Source of the DNA: Mobula hypostoma
Lineage: Eukaryota
Length of the DNA stretch: 64,000 bases
Assembly (NCBI RefSeq): GCF_963921235.1
Contig: NC_086097.1
Span: 23,810,001-23,874,000, forward strand
Direction of reading: 5' to 3'
Each line of letters opens with the position of its first letter. The stretch's first letter is position 1. This document shows, in pieces, positions 36,665-48,544 of the stretch. A program made the translations under genes and the position numbers. The notes under the pieces were generated by a model. That model saw only the letters and a list, made by a program, of their open reading frames with translations, had not been told where the DNA came from and ran no database searches.

Positions 36665-37337
36665 TTTTTTTAGATTATGAGGGCACTCAGTCCTCGTTTA
36701 TTGTCATTTAGAAATGCATGCATTAAGAAATGATACAATGTTCCTCCAGTATGATATCACAGAAACACAGGACAGACCAAGATTAAAACTGACAAAAATG
36801 ACATAATTATAACATATAGTTACAACAGTGCAAAGCAATACCGTAATTTGATAAAGAGCAGACCATGGGCATGGTCTCAAAAAAAGTCTTAAAGTCCCGA
36901 TAGCCCATCATCTCATGCAGACGGTATAAGGGAGAAACTCTGCCTGCCATGAACCTCCAGCGCCGCAAACTTGCCGATGCAGCACCCTGGAAGCACCCGA
37001 CCACAGCCGACTCTGAGTCTGTCAGAAAACTTCGAGCCTCTGACCAGCCCTCCGACACCGAGCACCATCTCTGCCTAGCGCTTCAACCATGCCCCAGCCG
37101 CCGAGCAACAAGCAAAGCCAATTACTCGGGGACTTCCCCTCCAGAGATTCTGGATCACACAGTAGCAGCGGCAGCGAAACAGGCATTTCAGAAGTTTCAC
37201 CAGATGTTCCTCTGTGCTCTCACATCTGCCTCCATCAAATCAGGATTGTGCACGGCACCCTACTTGACAGAAAACAGATATAATTCACTGGAGTGGCCGC
37301 TGCGCGCTGCGTTGCGCCGCCATCTTCTCCTCCTCCT
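36665..37337 (-). mobile_element. Young non-autonomous LINE-derived retroposon, about 670 bp
   Basis: 5' end ggaggagaagatggcggcg, CpG-rich body, 3' end atgacaataaa...A7; no coding similarity seen. Confidence 0.7.
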
Positions 37338-37724
37338 ATGTCCATTATTCTCCAGACTTCGGATATATTTTTAGTGAAAAGCCTCTACAGATAGGAGCTG
37401 AAGCTGTTCCTAAAATGTTGAGTGTGTGTTCAGCCTCTGTGCCTTCTCCCTGATGGTAGCGAAGGGGAGAAGACATGTCCTGAGTGGTGGAAGACCTTTC
37501 TGAGGCTTTGCTTTTTGAAGGTGTCCTCAATAGTGTAGAGGCTGGTGCTCATGACCAAACTGGCTGAACTTACAAACCTCTGCAGCTTTTCCCGATCCTG
37601 TTCATTGGCTCCTCCATACCGTATGGCGAGGCAGCTAGTTAGAATGCTCTCCAGGGTATATCAAATTCCATTTCTGATTGGAACATGCATTATGGAGGAA
37701 CTGGAAAATTAATTCCCATGATGT

Positions 37725-38215
37725 CATGGTAGCATAGAAGTTAACATAAGGGTCTACAGTGCCAGTTGTAAGATCAGGGTTTAATTCCCTCCAGTGTCTG
37801 TAGGGAGTTTGTACACTTGCCCCATGACTGTGTGGGTTTCATCTGGGTGCTCTAGTTTCCACCCACACTTCAAAGACATTCAGGTTATGGTAGACTCGCT
37901 ATGTTTGTCACCAGAAGCACGCTGACACTTGTGGGCTACCCCTAGCATATCTTTGGACCAACACTTACAAAATGCTGGGGGATCTCAGCAGGTCAGTCGG
38001 CCCCTGTGGAGTGGAATGGACAGGCGACATTTTGGGCTAGACCCAGTTCTAATGGTTCTTCCATTGCGAATGTTATTCTGAATTTCCAGCAGCTGTAGAA
38101 TCTCTTGTGATTGCCTCTTTGGAATGTGTTAATCATTGATGCAACCATCACATTTCACTGTATGTCTTGATGTTTCAATCTACATGTGGCAAATGAAGCT
38201 GATATTTAAACTTTG
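37725..38215 (+). mobile_element. V-SINE-like element interrupted by a decayed PLE fold-back (37960-38110)
   Basis: V-domain at 37795-37880; tail resumes near 38115. Confidence 0.65.
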
Positions 38216-38709
38216 TCTCTAATGGTAGTATTCAACACTTCATCTTAAACATTAGACAAATGAGAAACATTGGTTCAGTCCCAGGTAGATAAACCAAAAT
38301 CTGTTTTGCTTCCAGAACTGAACTCAGTTTGTGCTCATATCCCTTTGGTTCATTCTCAGAATCTGATGCACTTTTGTTTGCACATTTTACTTAACCTCAC
38401 TAAAAAGTTCCAATAAAGGAAAGGAATAATTGGCATTTCTATCATAATTTTCAAGGCTTCATGCTGTCACAACACTTTTATCGGTTGTGAGAATGCAGTG
38501 AAAATTTATGTTTTAATGCAAGGAATGCAGTCACCAAAAACCACACATGTAGAAGTACAGTGAATTACTGGGTTATCTGCCTTTTAATCATGTTGATTCC
38601 GATTAAACACTAGTTGGGTCACCAGGGAGAACTCGCTTGCAGATAATTCAACAAAATGCGTATCTTTTTTTCAAAAATAGTAGTGACTTCATTTCTCATG
38701 AACAACTCA

Positions 38710-39185
38710 AGCTTCAAAGTAAATTAGTTATCCAATTATGTGTATGTCACCATATGCTACCTTGACATTCATTTTCTTGCAGGCATTCACACAAAGAATC
38801 AATGAAAAGCTACACACAAAGACTGACAAACAACCAATGTGCAAAAGGAGGCAAACTGTGCAAGTAATAATTAAATAGGTAAATAAATAATATTGAAAAC
38901 ATGATTGTAGAGACCTTGAAAGTAAGTCCTTAGGTTGTGGAATCAGTTCAGTGTTGAGGTGAGTGAAGTTATCCACATTAGTTTAGGAGTCTGACAGTTG
39001 AAAGATAATAAGTGCTCTTGAACCTGGTGGTGTGAGGACCTGAGGCTCCTGTACTTCCTTCCCAATGGCAGCAGTGAGAAGAGAGCATGGCCTAGATCAT
39101 TGAGGTCTTTGATGATGGATGCTGCTTTCTTGTGACATTGCTCCTTGTTGATGTGCTCAATGGAGGAGAGAGTTTTTCCTGCTAC
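38710..39185 (-). mobile_element. Rex1-like 3' fragment
   Basis: IEHINKEQCHKKAASIIKD...GHALFSLLPLGRKYRSL. Confidence 0.88.
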
Positions 39186-40359
39186 CAACATATTTATCAA
39201 CTGTAGTTGGTAACTAAATTAGGATTTTTTAATGAAGTTATTCATGTGCAAACTGTTTGCACAAGTGTGTGTGTGCGTGTGTGTGTGTCCATGTATACGC
39301 GTGAGTGTGTTTGCAGATGTGTACATATTTGCAATAGTGGAACAAACTTGTTCTTAACTCTGAGTGTATGTCTAAGAAGAAGGTTTATTATGGCCACATG
39401 TAGCAATATACAATGAACAGCTGGAATTGCATTCAGTTCATGCAGATCAACTCATTGCTCAGAGCACTGAGGTGGTATCAGGTAAAACATTAATAGGACG
39501 TTGGATAAAGTGCAACAGGTACAGAGAGAGTGCAGCACAGGTAAACAGTAAGGTGCAGATTGTGAGGTCAAGAGTCCTGTATGCTGTTCATACAGATCAA
39601 ATCATTACACAGTACATTGAGATAGTGCAAGGTAGAACAATAGCAGAATGCAGAATAAAGTATTATGGATACAGGAAAAGTGCAATGCAGGTAGACATTA
39701 TGATGCAAGGTCATAACAAGGGAGAATGTGAGGTCAAGTATCCATCATATGATATTAGGAAACATTCAAGAGTCTGTTAACAGCGGGATAGAAGGTGTCC
39801 TTAAGCCTGGTGGTACGTGCTTTCAGGCTTTTGTATTGTCTGCCCAATGGAAGAAGTGACAGGGAGAATGTCCAATGCAGAATGTCCAGTGCAGATTGCC
39901 ATGGGAAAGAGAAAGCCATAATTAGAAGGAAATGGCAGAATAAGTTAAAAAAAAGGAAAGAATGAGAATCAATAGGCAATGGATGAGAGATACTGGGATT
40001 TTTCTCAGAGGAGAGAATGTTATTTTATGCTTAGAATAGTGTTCAAAACATGGAGAAACTATTTTCAATGTTAGTGGGTTGGGAACTGAAGGATCAAGGT
40101 TAAGGACCTTCATCATCAGGGATATGACCTCTTTTCATTACTACTGTCAGGGACACACTCAACATTTTAGGAACAGCTCCTTCCCCTCTGCCATCAGATT
40201 CCCGAATGGTCCATCAATCCATGAACATTACCTCACATTTTGCAACACACACAAAATGCTGAAGGAGTTCAGCAGGTCAGGTAGCATCTATGGAAAAGTG
40301 TAAACAGTTGACATTTTGGGTTCTGCAGGGTCCTGATAGAGGGGCTCAGCCTGAAATCG

Positions 40360-40724
40360 CTGGTGCCAGACAGGGTGGTTGATTATTTCAGAAGCTGCTG
40401 ATCTCCTTGGATTTTCATGCACAACAGTCCAGAGTTTACAGAAAAACAAAAAAAAAACATCCAGTGAGCAAAAGTTCTGCGGGCAAAAATGCTTTGTTAG
40501 TGAGGCAGTTCAGAGGAGAATGGCCAGATTGGTTCAAACTGACTGGAAAGAGAAAGTAACTCAGATAACCACACAATACAACAGACGTGTGCAGAAGAGC
40601 ATCTCTGAACACACAATATGTTGAACCTTGAAATGGATGGGCTAGAGAAGCCGAAGACCACAAGCGTGCACTTAGTGGCCACATTATTAGGTTCAGGAGG
40701 TAACTAATAAAGTAGCCACTAAGC
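40360..40724 (+). mobile_element. Tc1-like derivative, second copy, ending in a double-TIR hairpin
   Basis: ORF 40379..40624 ISEAADLLGFS.TT...QRRMARLVQ.D.K..VTQITTQYN..VQKSISE.T; hairpin at 40669-40724. Confidence 0.88.
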
Positions 40725-40761
40725 ATATATTTCTATTGTAATTTATATTATATTTTATCTA

Positions 40762-41712
40762 CAGTGCATTCTGCTTAATTGGGACTCATTGGGACCAGTA
40801 CATTTTGGCCTATTTAACTGGCTACCCCAATTAGCTGAAGTTTCATGGAAATAGTTACAAAAGTATAACAAAGACAAACTGAGCAACAAAGTATGTATTT
40901 AAATGAAATACAGAACAAATTAGAACACTACCAATACTACTACAGTACTAAAAACTTGTGTATTAGTGTGATGGAGAAATTCAGTCGAGTCACTTTCTTT
41001 TGAATATAAATGAACTAAATCAGCGCAGACACCTAATGCAGATAATGGACTGCTTTCATACAATGCTATTGACAATTGCATCCTCCAATTCTTCATTTTC
41101 GTTGTAACATTCAAGATGTTTGTTAATGCCTTCAAATTATTCACAGTTCCTAACCTGAAGAAGTGGTGAAATCATTTCATTTTCACCCCCGGATGTTTCT
41201 GGCATCTCCAAACCCAAATGTTTGAAACCATAGTGAACAAAACGGTTCCAAATCATCTTACTGCTTATTTCTCAAGAACTATCAGTGACAAAAATTGCTG
41301 ACTTTGAACACAATTGCACACAGTTGATTGGGCTCCTCGTATCTGATGATGTCTCCTCATATGGCGATGAAATGTTTCCAAATGGATTGCCAAGTTTGGA
41401 AAACAACTCAAGCCAACCATCAATCAGCCGAGCTGTGCATTTTCTGAATTATTTCCAACACACAACTGATGCTATTTAAAAGCTGTTCACTTGAATCATG
41501 GTGTGGTGTCTAATGAACATGTATGTACACCGACTGATGCTAGTTAGAAATTGATCGGCAACAGTCACCTGTCCCAATTAAGTGGCATAGTGTCTCAACT
41601 AAACAAAAGGGATCTCAGCTATTTTCTCGAATAGTGTTTTCTTTTCTTTCAGAGTTCTCCTAAATAAGTGGCTGCCTCGATTAACCAATGGCCCAATTAA
41701 GTGGAATCCATT
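40762..41712 (-). mobile_element. Tigger/pogo-like non-autonomous DNA transposon
   Basis: TIRs cagtgcattctgcttaattggg / cccaattaagtggaatcca with TA-like flanks; minus strand about 41300-41060 reads FVTDSS*EISSKMIWNRFVHYGF...FEGINKHLECYNENEELEDAIV, like a pogo-type transposase C-terminus. Confidence 0.78.
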
Positions 41713-42859
41713 ATATTGCCTTGTACCTTGCTGTCACTAAACAACAATTTTTACGACATATGTCAGTAATAATAAATGATTCTGATTCTGATATAGAGTT
41801 GGGTCCATCTAGTCCATGTTGAGCCATTTAAAACTGATTCTAATTTATGACTTTTGGCAGAAGAATCAAAGAGACGATGAAAACTTATGATTTGGCATTC
41901 AACATCCGGAGGAACTTTGGAAACAGATTCAGTGTGGACTTTCAAAGTGAAATATAACAGATACACAAAACAGACAAATATTTTTGGACAATGAGGGAAG
42001 ACCACAGCATTGAGATGAACTGGAATGCTCTTTCTAAAGCCCATAAGAGGCACAATGAGCTGAATGAACGGATTCCATGCAGTATGATTTTATTAGGGAG
42101 ATTATTGATTGAGGCACTACATTAGGAACTTGAAGTCATTTGGTCTTCAATGCACAAGAATGACCTTTGGCCCACATACATTAATTAGTAAATGTAAATC
42201 AAAGGCAAAATCTGGATACTCAGTAAAATGTGTCAGTTCTGCAAATAATAGGGTAGGCATGCATTTTGTTTCTACATTTCATTACTCAGTGGAGCCAGGC
42301 TCTTTTGTCTATGAAAATACCCAAGTTTTATCTTGATTACATTTTGTTGCCTATTAAAAAGAAGCCTGCAATCTCTTGAACTATAGCCACTTTGCAAATC
42401 ATAATTCCAACTGTACTGAAAGGAAACGCTTTGGAAGGTTTTTAATTATCTCAGAGGTCATTGATCCATCTATCACACAAAAATGGTGGTCTTCTGTGGT
42501 ACGCAGGGGTGCTATTATCTTTTAAAACAGGAGGAGTCATTTTACAATATCCTCTATTGCAAAACAAGCTAATTGTTTAAAGTGTTGGAATATACATATG
42601 GATGAGGGTTCTGTTTGAACCAGTCTGCACCCTTCTGTCTGCTTCAAATGCATTTTGTAGAAGATGAGAAAAGCTTTTTAATAAGCTAGTGAGTATAATG
42701 GTGACAAACAATTTTTTTTTCTTAAATGCTGGGAATATCATTTCCCCCTGTTGTCAAATCTTGCTGATTCTTAGGCATCCCTCCTCCATCAGTATAATGG
42801 CTAAAGTGTATTGCTTCTCCAATAGCAAATGAAATTAGCCAAGAACTTCTGTTTGAAAT

Positions 42860-44480
42860 TCCACGCTCACCCCATCTTCCCCAAAGAGATCCTGCCACCA
42901 AAACACACTTTTACCTCTCCCCTACATCTGCTGTCTATGGGGATTGCTCCCACCGCGATTACCTTGTCTATTCATCCCTCCCCACTAATCTCTTTCCTGG
43001 CAAGCGGCCAAAGTGCTATACTTGCCCATTCACCTCCTCCCTCTCCTCCGTTCAAGACCCCAAAGAGTTCTTTCAGGTGAGGAAACACTTTACCTCTGAA
43101 TCTGCTGGGGTCGTCTAATGTATCCGGTAGTCTGCATACGTCCTCTACCTTGATCAGAACCAACTTAAATTGGGGGACCGCTTCGTCGATCAACTCTGCT
43201 CTATCCGCCAAAAGCAGAACTTCCTTGTGGCCAGACATTTTAATTCAGACTCCCATTCCCATTCCAACATGCCAGTCCGTGGTCCCCTCTCATACCAGGA
43301 GGAGGCCACCCTCAGGATGGAGGAGCAACACCTTACAATACATTCTGTCTGAGTAGCCCCCAACCTGATGGCATGAATATCAGTTTCTCCTGATACAAAA
43401 AATATCTCCCCCCCACTTCTTTTATTCCCCACTCTAACATCTTATCTCTTCTCACCTGCCTATCACCCCCTCTTGGTGTCCCTCCTCCTCCTCTCCTATC
43501 AGATTCCTTCCTCTCCAGCCCTTTACATTTCCCACCCTTTTCCACCCACAAACAAGGGAAAATCTGCAGATGCTGGAAATCCAAGCAACAGCCACAAAAT
43601 GCTGGAGGAATTCAGCAGGCCAGGCAGCATCTATGGAAAAGAGTACAGTCGGCATTTTGGCCTGAGACCCTTCATCGGGACTGGAGAAGAAAATGAGGAG
43701 TCAGAGTAAGAAAGATGGGAGGGAAGGTGAAAGTGGGAGGGGAGAGGTGTGAAGTAAAGAGTTGGGAAGTTGATTGGTGAAAAAGATACAGGGCTGGAGA
43801 AGGGGGAATCTGATAGTAGAGGACAGAAGAAGGCATGGAAGAAAGAAAAGAGAGAGGACCACCAGGTGGAGGTGATGGGCAGGTAAGGAGATAAGGTGAA
43901 AGAGGAAAATACGAATGGAGAAAGGTGAAAGTGAGGGGCATTATCAGAAGTTTGAGAAATTGATGTTTATGCCATCAGGTTGGAAGCCACCTAGAGAGAA
44001 TATAAGGTGTTGTTCCTCCAACCTGAGTATGGCCTCATCGCGACAGTAGAGGAGGCCATGACCTGAGATGTTGGAATGGGAATGGGAAGTGGAATTAAAA
44101 TGGGTGGCTATTGGGAGATCCTACTTTTTCCGGTGGATGGAGCATAGATGCTTGGTGAAGCCGTCTCCCAATATGTGTTGGTCAAGGGAGCCACGTAGGT
44201 AGCGATCCCTGTGGAAAGCAGAAAGTTGGGGGGAGGTGAGGGAAAGATGTGCTTAGTGGTGGGATCCCACCAGAGACTGCAAAATCCTTTCCTACCCACC
44301 TGGCTTCACCTATCACCTTCTAGCTATCCTCCTTCCTCTCTCTCCATCTTCTTATTCTGGTGTTTTCCTCCTTTTCTTCCCAGTCCTGAAGAAGTGTCCT
44401 GGCCCAAAATGTTGACAGTTTATTCATTTCCATAGATGCTGCCTGACCTGCTGAGTTCCTCCAGCATTTTGTGTGTATTG
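42860..44480. mobile_element. Cluster of three PLE fragments in alternating orientation (+,-,+)
   Basis: GDRFVDQLCSIRQK....VARHFNS.SHSHS.M.V.G (43170..43352); minus copy 43550-44270; plus 3' end 44280-44480; decayed hammerheads at 43646-43683 (-) and 44381-44418 (+). Confidence 0.85.
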
Positions 44481-44669
44481 CAAGAAATTCTGTTATTTGG
44501 TATAAAAAATATAAGCTCTGTACAATTGAGATTTATTTTGAAGGTACATTGAGAAGCAGTACATTTTCTTTATAGTGTGATGTGTGGAGTCTGTCATTGG
44601 ATACACTATAAAATTTAATTAGTTTTATTTATTATATCCTTATTGAAATCTAGCAAATAATGAAAGTCT

Positions 44670-45020
44670 ATTGAGTGGGCATGGAGAGGATGTTTCCTAT
44701 ATTGAGGGAGTCTAGTACCAGGGGTCACAGCCTCAGAATACAAGGATGTCAGGTTAGAACAGAGATGAGGAGGAATTTATTTAGCCAGAGGGTGTTAAAT
44801 CTGTGGAATTCATTGCCATAGACGCTGAGGAGGCCAAATCATTGGGTGTATTTAAAGTGGAGCTTGATAGAGTCTTGGTTGGGAAGGAGGTCAAATGTTA
44901 CCAGGAGTAGGCAAGAGAGTAGGATTGAAAGGCAAAATAAATCAGCCATGACTGAATGGTGGAGGATCTTGATGAGCCAAATGGCCTCATCCTGTCCTAT
45001 GTCCTATGGAATTATGATCT
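44670..45020 (+). mobile_element. CR1-like LINE 3' end
   Basis: ggtcacagcctcagaata...gaggaggaattt.tttagccagagggtg..aaatctgtggaattcattgcca. Confidence 0.85.
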
Positions 45021-45029
45021 TATGGAAAC

Positions 45030-45312
45030 ATTGAAACATACAGTGAAATGTGTCATTTGTGTCACCAACCCCGTCTGAGTGTGTCCCAGAGGCAGCCCAC
45101 AAGTGTCGCCATACTTCCAGCGCTAACATAGCATGGCCACAACTTACTAACCCTAAACTATGCATCTTTGGAATGTGGGAGGAAACCAGAGCACCCGAAG
45201 GGAGGAAGACTATGTGTTAGGAGGAGAATGTACAAGCTCCTTACAGTAGGTGGTGGAATTGAACCTGGATCGCTGGCATTGTAAAGCATTGTGCTAACTG
45301 CTACTGTGCCAC
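45030..45312 (-). mobile_element. V-SINE-like element
   Basis: tctttggaatgtgggaggaaaccagagcacccg antisense V-domain; related copies at 55740-56050 (-), 57100-57315 (-) and 57470-57690 (+). Confidence 0.8.
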
Positions 45313-45674
45313 CCTTTGTCACCTTGCATGCATCACATGCTTCAGTGTCACTGCACCAAAGTCGTGCATGTCCATGGAATATCATAGCCTCCCACATCCA
45401 GCAAATCCTCGAGTGAGGCCTGCTTTCCGGTTAGTGACATGGAATCTTTTTTTACCTTACCAGTTCCTCCGGGACTGAGTCTGTTCATTCACTTGTCCAG
45501 ATTTTATACTCAATAGTCTTCTCCCTTAATTTCTGTGTCCTCTTTTAAGCCACTCACTAGAACTTGCCTCTGATCATCCTCCATTCTGAGATCTCTGAAA
45601 AACTCCGTCTGACAATAATATAGATTGAATGTCTTAAAGCAGTTGAATTCCTTCATATCTCTGAGTGATGGACT

Positions 45675-46060
45675 ATAGGACCATAAGATATAGGAGCAGG
45701 ATTAGGCCAATCAGGCCATTGAGCACGCTCTGTCATTCCATCATGGCTGATTTATTATCCCTCTCAACCCCATTCTTATGCCTTTTCTCTATAGCCTTTA
45801 ACACCCTTACTAATCAAGAACCTCCACTTTAAAAATACTCAATGACTTGGCCACCACAGCTGTCCATGGTAATTAATTCCACAGATTCACCACCCTCTGG
45901 CTAAAGAAATTCCTTCATACTACTCCTGGAAGGGTGTTCCACACACCCACCACTCTCTGTGTAAAAAAACCTACCTCCAACATTCTCCCTATACTTTCCT
46001 CCAATTACCCTGAAATTATGTTCCCTCATATGAGCCATTGCTGCTGTATGAAAAGGACTC
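45675..46060 (-). mobile_element. Two abutting CR1-like fragments
   Basis: Tail ataggaccataagatatagg; ccacagattcaccaccctctggctaaagaaattcc; second piece gttccacacacccaccactctctgtgtaaaaaa. Confidence 0.75.
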
Positions 46061-47680
46061 CATTCTGTAGGACTTCATTCAGTCTGTGCCTCAAATATGA
46101 TGAACTCAACTTTGACAAACAGTTATGGTCTGTCCAACACCAAAATTTTGTTTTCAACTTGAGGAGAAGCAAAGGCCAAAGGAAGCAATGGTGGCCATAG
46201 CTTTGAGGTTCTGGAAAAAAAATAATTCTGCAATTTTTTGTGTGCATAATTGCATTATGATGTAGTGCAAAGCTAGTGCAGCAAACTTCGCAGATTTCCC
46301 GCTCTTGTTACCTCTAACCAACAGGAACACGGACAAAAATAATGCTTTTAGATAGTCCATTACAGTGTGTCACTTCACCAGAAGAGCTGATGATAATTTT
46401 AATGCTCTGAACATGAACATTCTGTGAGGAGGATTCCAAAACCAGAGCATTAACAACTCACCCATCACAGCTCCCTGATAAGCACACAATATGTTTTCAG
46501 TTGGAGATCACGATTTAGTGAGTACTCAACAGGATCCCAAGGCAGCACTGAGTTTGTTCTAGGGTCATTGATCTTTGACATCACTCAATGTACAGCAGTG
46601 TTTCTACTGGAGTGGGACCCTACCCACACATCAGCCATCTCTGCAATCCAAAAATAATTTGTGTGAAGCACCTGGAAATGTTTCAGCGTGATATCTCTGT
46701 ATATAAATCTAAGTATAAAATTAATATTAATAGTCATGCTATTTATATTTATATAACTATTTAAACCTGAATCAGGTTTACTATCACTAGCATATGTCAT
46801 AAACGTGTTTTTTTTGTGGCAGCAGTACATTGCAGTGCATAATTTAAACACTATAAATTACAATAAGATTATATATAGATACACACACACTATATAAAAT
46901 TAAATTCAAAGATTCGAAGTACAATAATTATCAAAGTATGTATGCAATTTACAATCCTGAGATTCATTTACACACAGACGGCCACGAAACAAAGAAATAC
47001 CATGGAACCTGTTCAAAGAAAAACATCACATACCCAACGCATAAACAAAAGAACAAATCATGCAAACAGCAAAAAAAGGACAAGTGAATGGCACACTGAA
47101 TATTAAACATCAAACCGCAGAGTCCTTGAAATGTTCAGCTTAGTACAGTTTAGCGCCGTGTTGTTCGTTGACTACAGGCCACAGAGCTAGTCCACCCCGA
47201 TCAAAATTGTGCAAAATAGCAATAAAAAAATGGAAGTAACCAGAAACACATCATAACATGAACTGCAGTCCTCTAGAGACGAGCCCCATCCACAAACCGT
47301 GCTGATCAAACCTTGCAGAAGACTCAAGACTCAAGAATTAAATAAGTAGCGCAAAAAGAAAGCAAACCAAGAAAAGAAATGGCGAGGTTGTCCACATAGG
47401 TTCATTGTCCAATAGGCATAGGCCTCCCAGCCATTGAGAACATCTTCAGAAGATGATGCCTCAAGAAAGTGGCTTCTATCATTCAGTTCCTCCGTTTCTG
47501 GGACATGAACTTTGCCCGTGAGTACCATCATGGAGGTGGTACAGGAGCCTAAAGAATCTCACTATATGTTTTAGGAACAGCTTCTTCCCCTCTACCATCA
47601 GACTTTTGAATGGTCCATGAACACTACCTCACTTTTGATCTCTTTTGCATGATTTATTTGTTATTTTTTTTAATATAACT

Positions 47681-48480
47681 TGCCCACTCTGCTCCAAGAG
47701 AGCAACCCTGGAGCACATCCTCAGCGGCTGTGCAAGAGCACTTGGTGAGGGACGGTACAGGTGGAGGCATGATCAGGTCCTGAAGACCATCGCTGAAGCC
47801 GTCAGCGCAGGAGTTGAGTGGGCGAAGCGGTCCCGAACCTCCAAGCAGACCATTGCCTTTATCAGAGCTGGGGAGCAACCAATACCTGCCAAAAGAATAT
47901 CTGCAGGCATCCTGACCTCTGCAAGGGACTGACAGCTGTTGGTGGACCTCGAACGGCAGCTGAAGTTCCCCAAACATATCGCAGCCACCACCCTATGACC
48001 AGACATTATCCTAGTGTCTGAGTCTACTAAGCAAGTGGTGCTGCTGGAGCTGACAGTCCCATGGGAAGATAGCTTGGAAGAGGCCTTTGAAAGGAAGCTC
48101 TCCAAGTACGCAGGACTGGTCAGCAACTGTCAGCAGGCTGGATGGAGAGCGAGGTGTCTCCCAGTGGAGGTTGGTTGTAGGGGATTTGCAGCCCATTCCT
48201 TAGTTAGAGCCTTCAGCATTTTGGGCATTGAGGGAGAGAGGAAGAGGAGAGCCATCTGCAGTACCACCAATGCGGCAGAGAGGGCCTCAAGATGGCTGTG
48301 GCTCAAAAGAGGGGAGCTATGGAGTCATAAGTAGCTAGCCATCCGGACACAAGCTGGGGTCTGATCAGCCCTGGCTGGGTCACCTGGAGGAGGTTGTATG
48401 ATGTTGAAAGACCCGAAACACCCGATGATTCCAGGAACATCACTGAAGATGTGTCCAGAAGCATCAGCAGATGTATGTAC
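47681..48480 (+). mobile_element. HERO-like (R2-group) non-LTR retrotransposon 3' end: CCHC knuckle and restriction-like endonuclease
   Basis: One frame 47681-48334 with two TGA and no frameshift: CPLC...TLEHILSGC...YRWRHDQVL...PDIILVSESTKQVVLLELTVPWED...RKLSKY...PVEVGCRGF...AERASRWLW; about 145-nt 3' UTR. Confidence 0.85.
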
Positions 48481-48544
48481 ACAGCTTTATAATTTTTTAT
48501 TTATTGCAGTGCACTGCTGCCACAGAGCAACAAATGTCATGACG

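Noticed and set aside
48385..48430. Hammerhead in the HERO-like 3' UTR (tgatg...gaaac)
   Set aside because: Lacks CUGANGA and helix II; at most a simple stem-loop.
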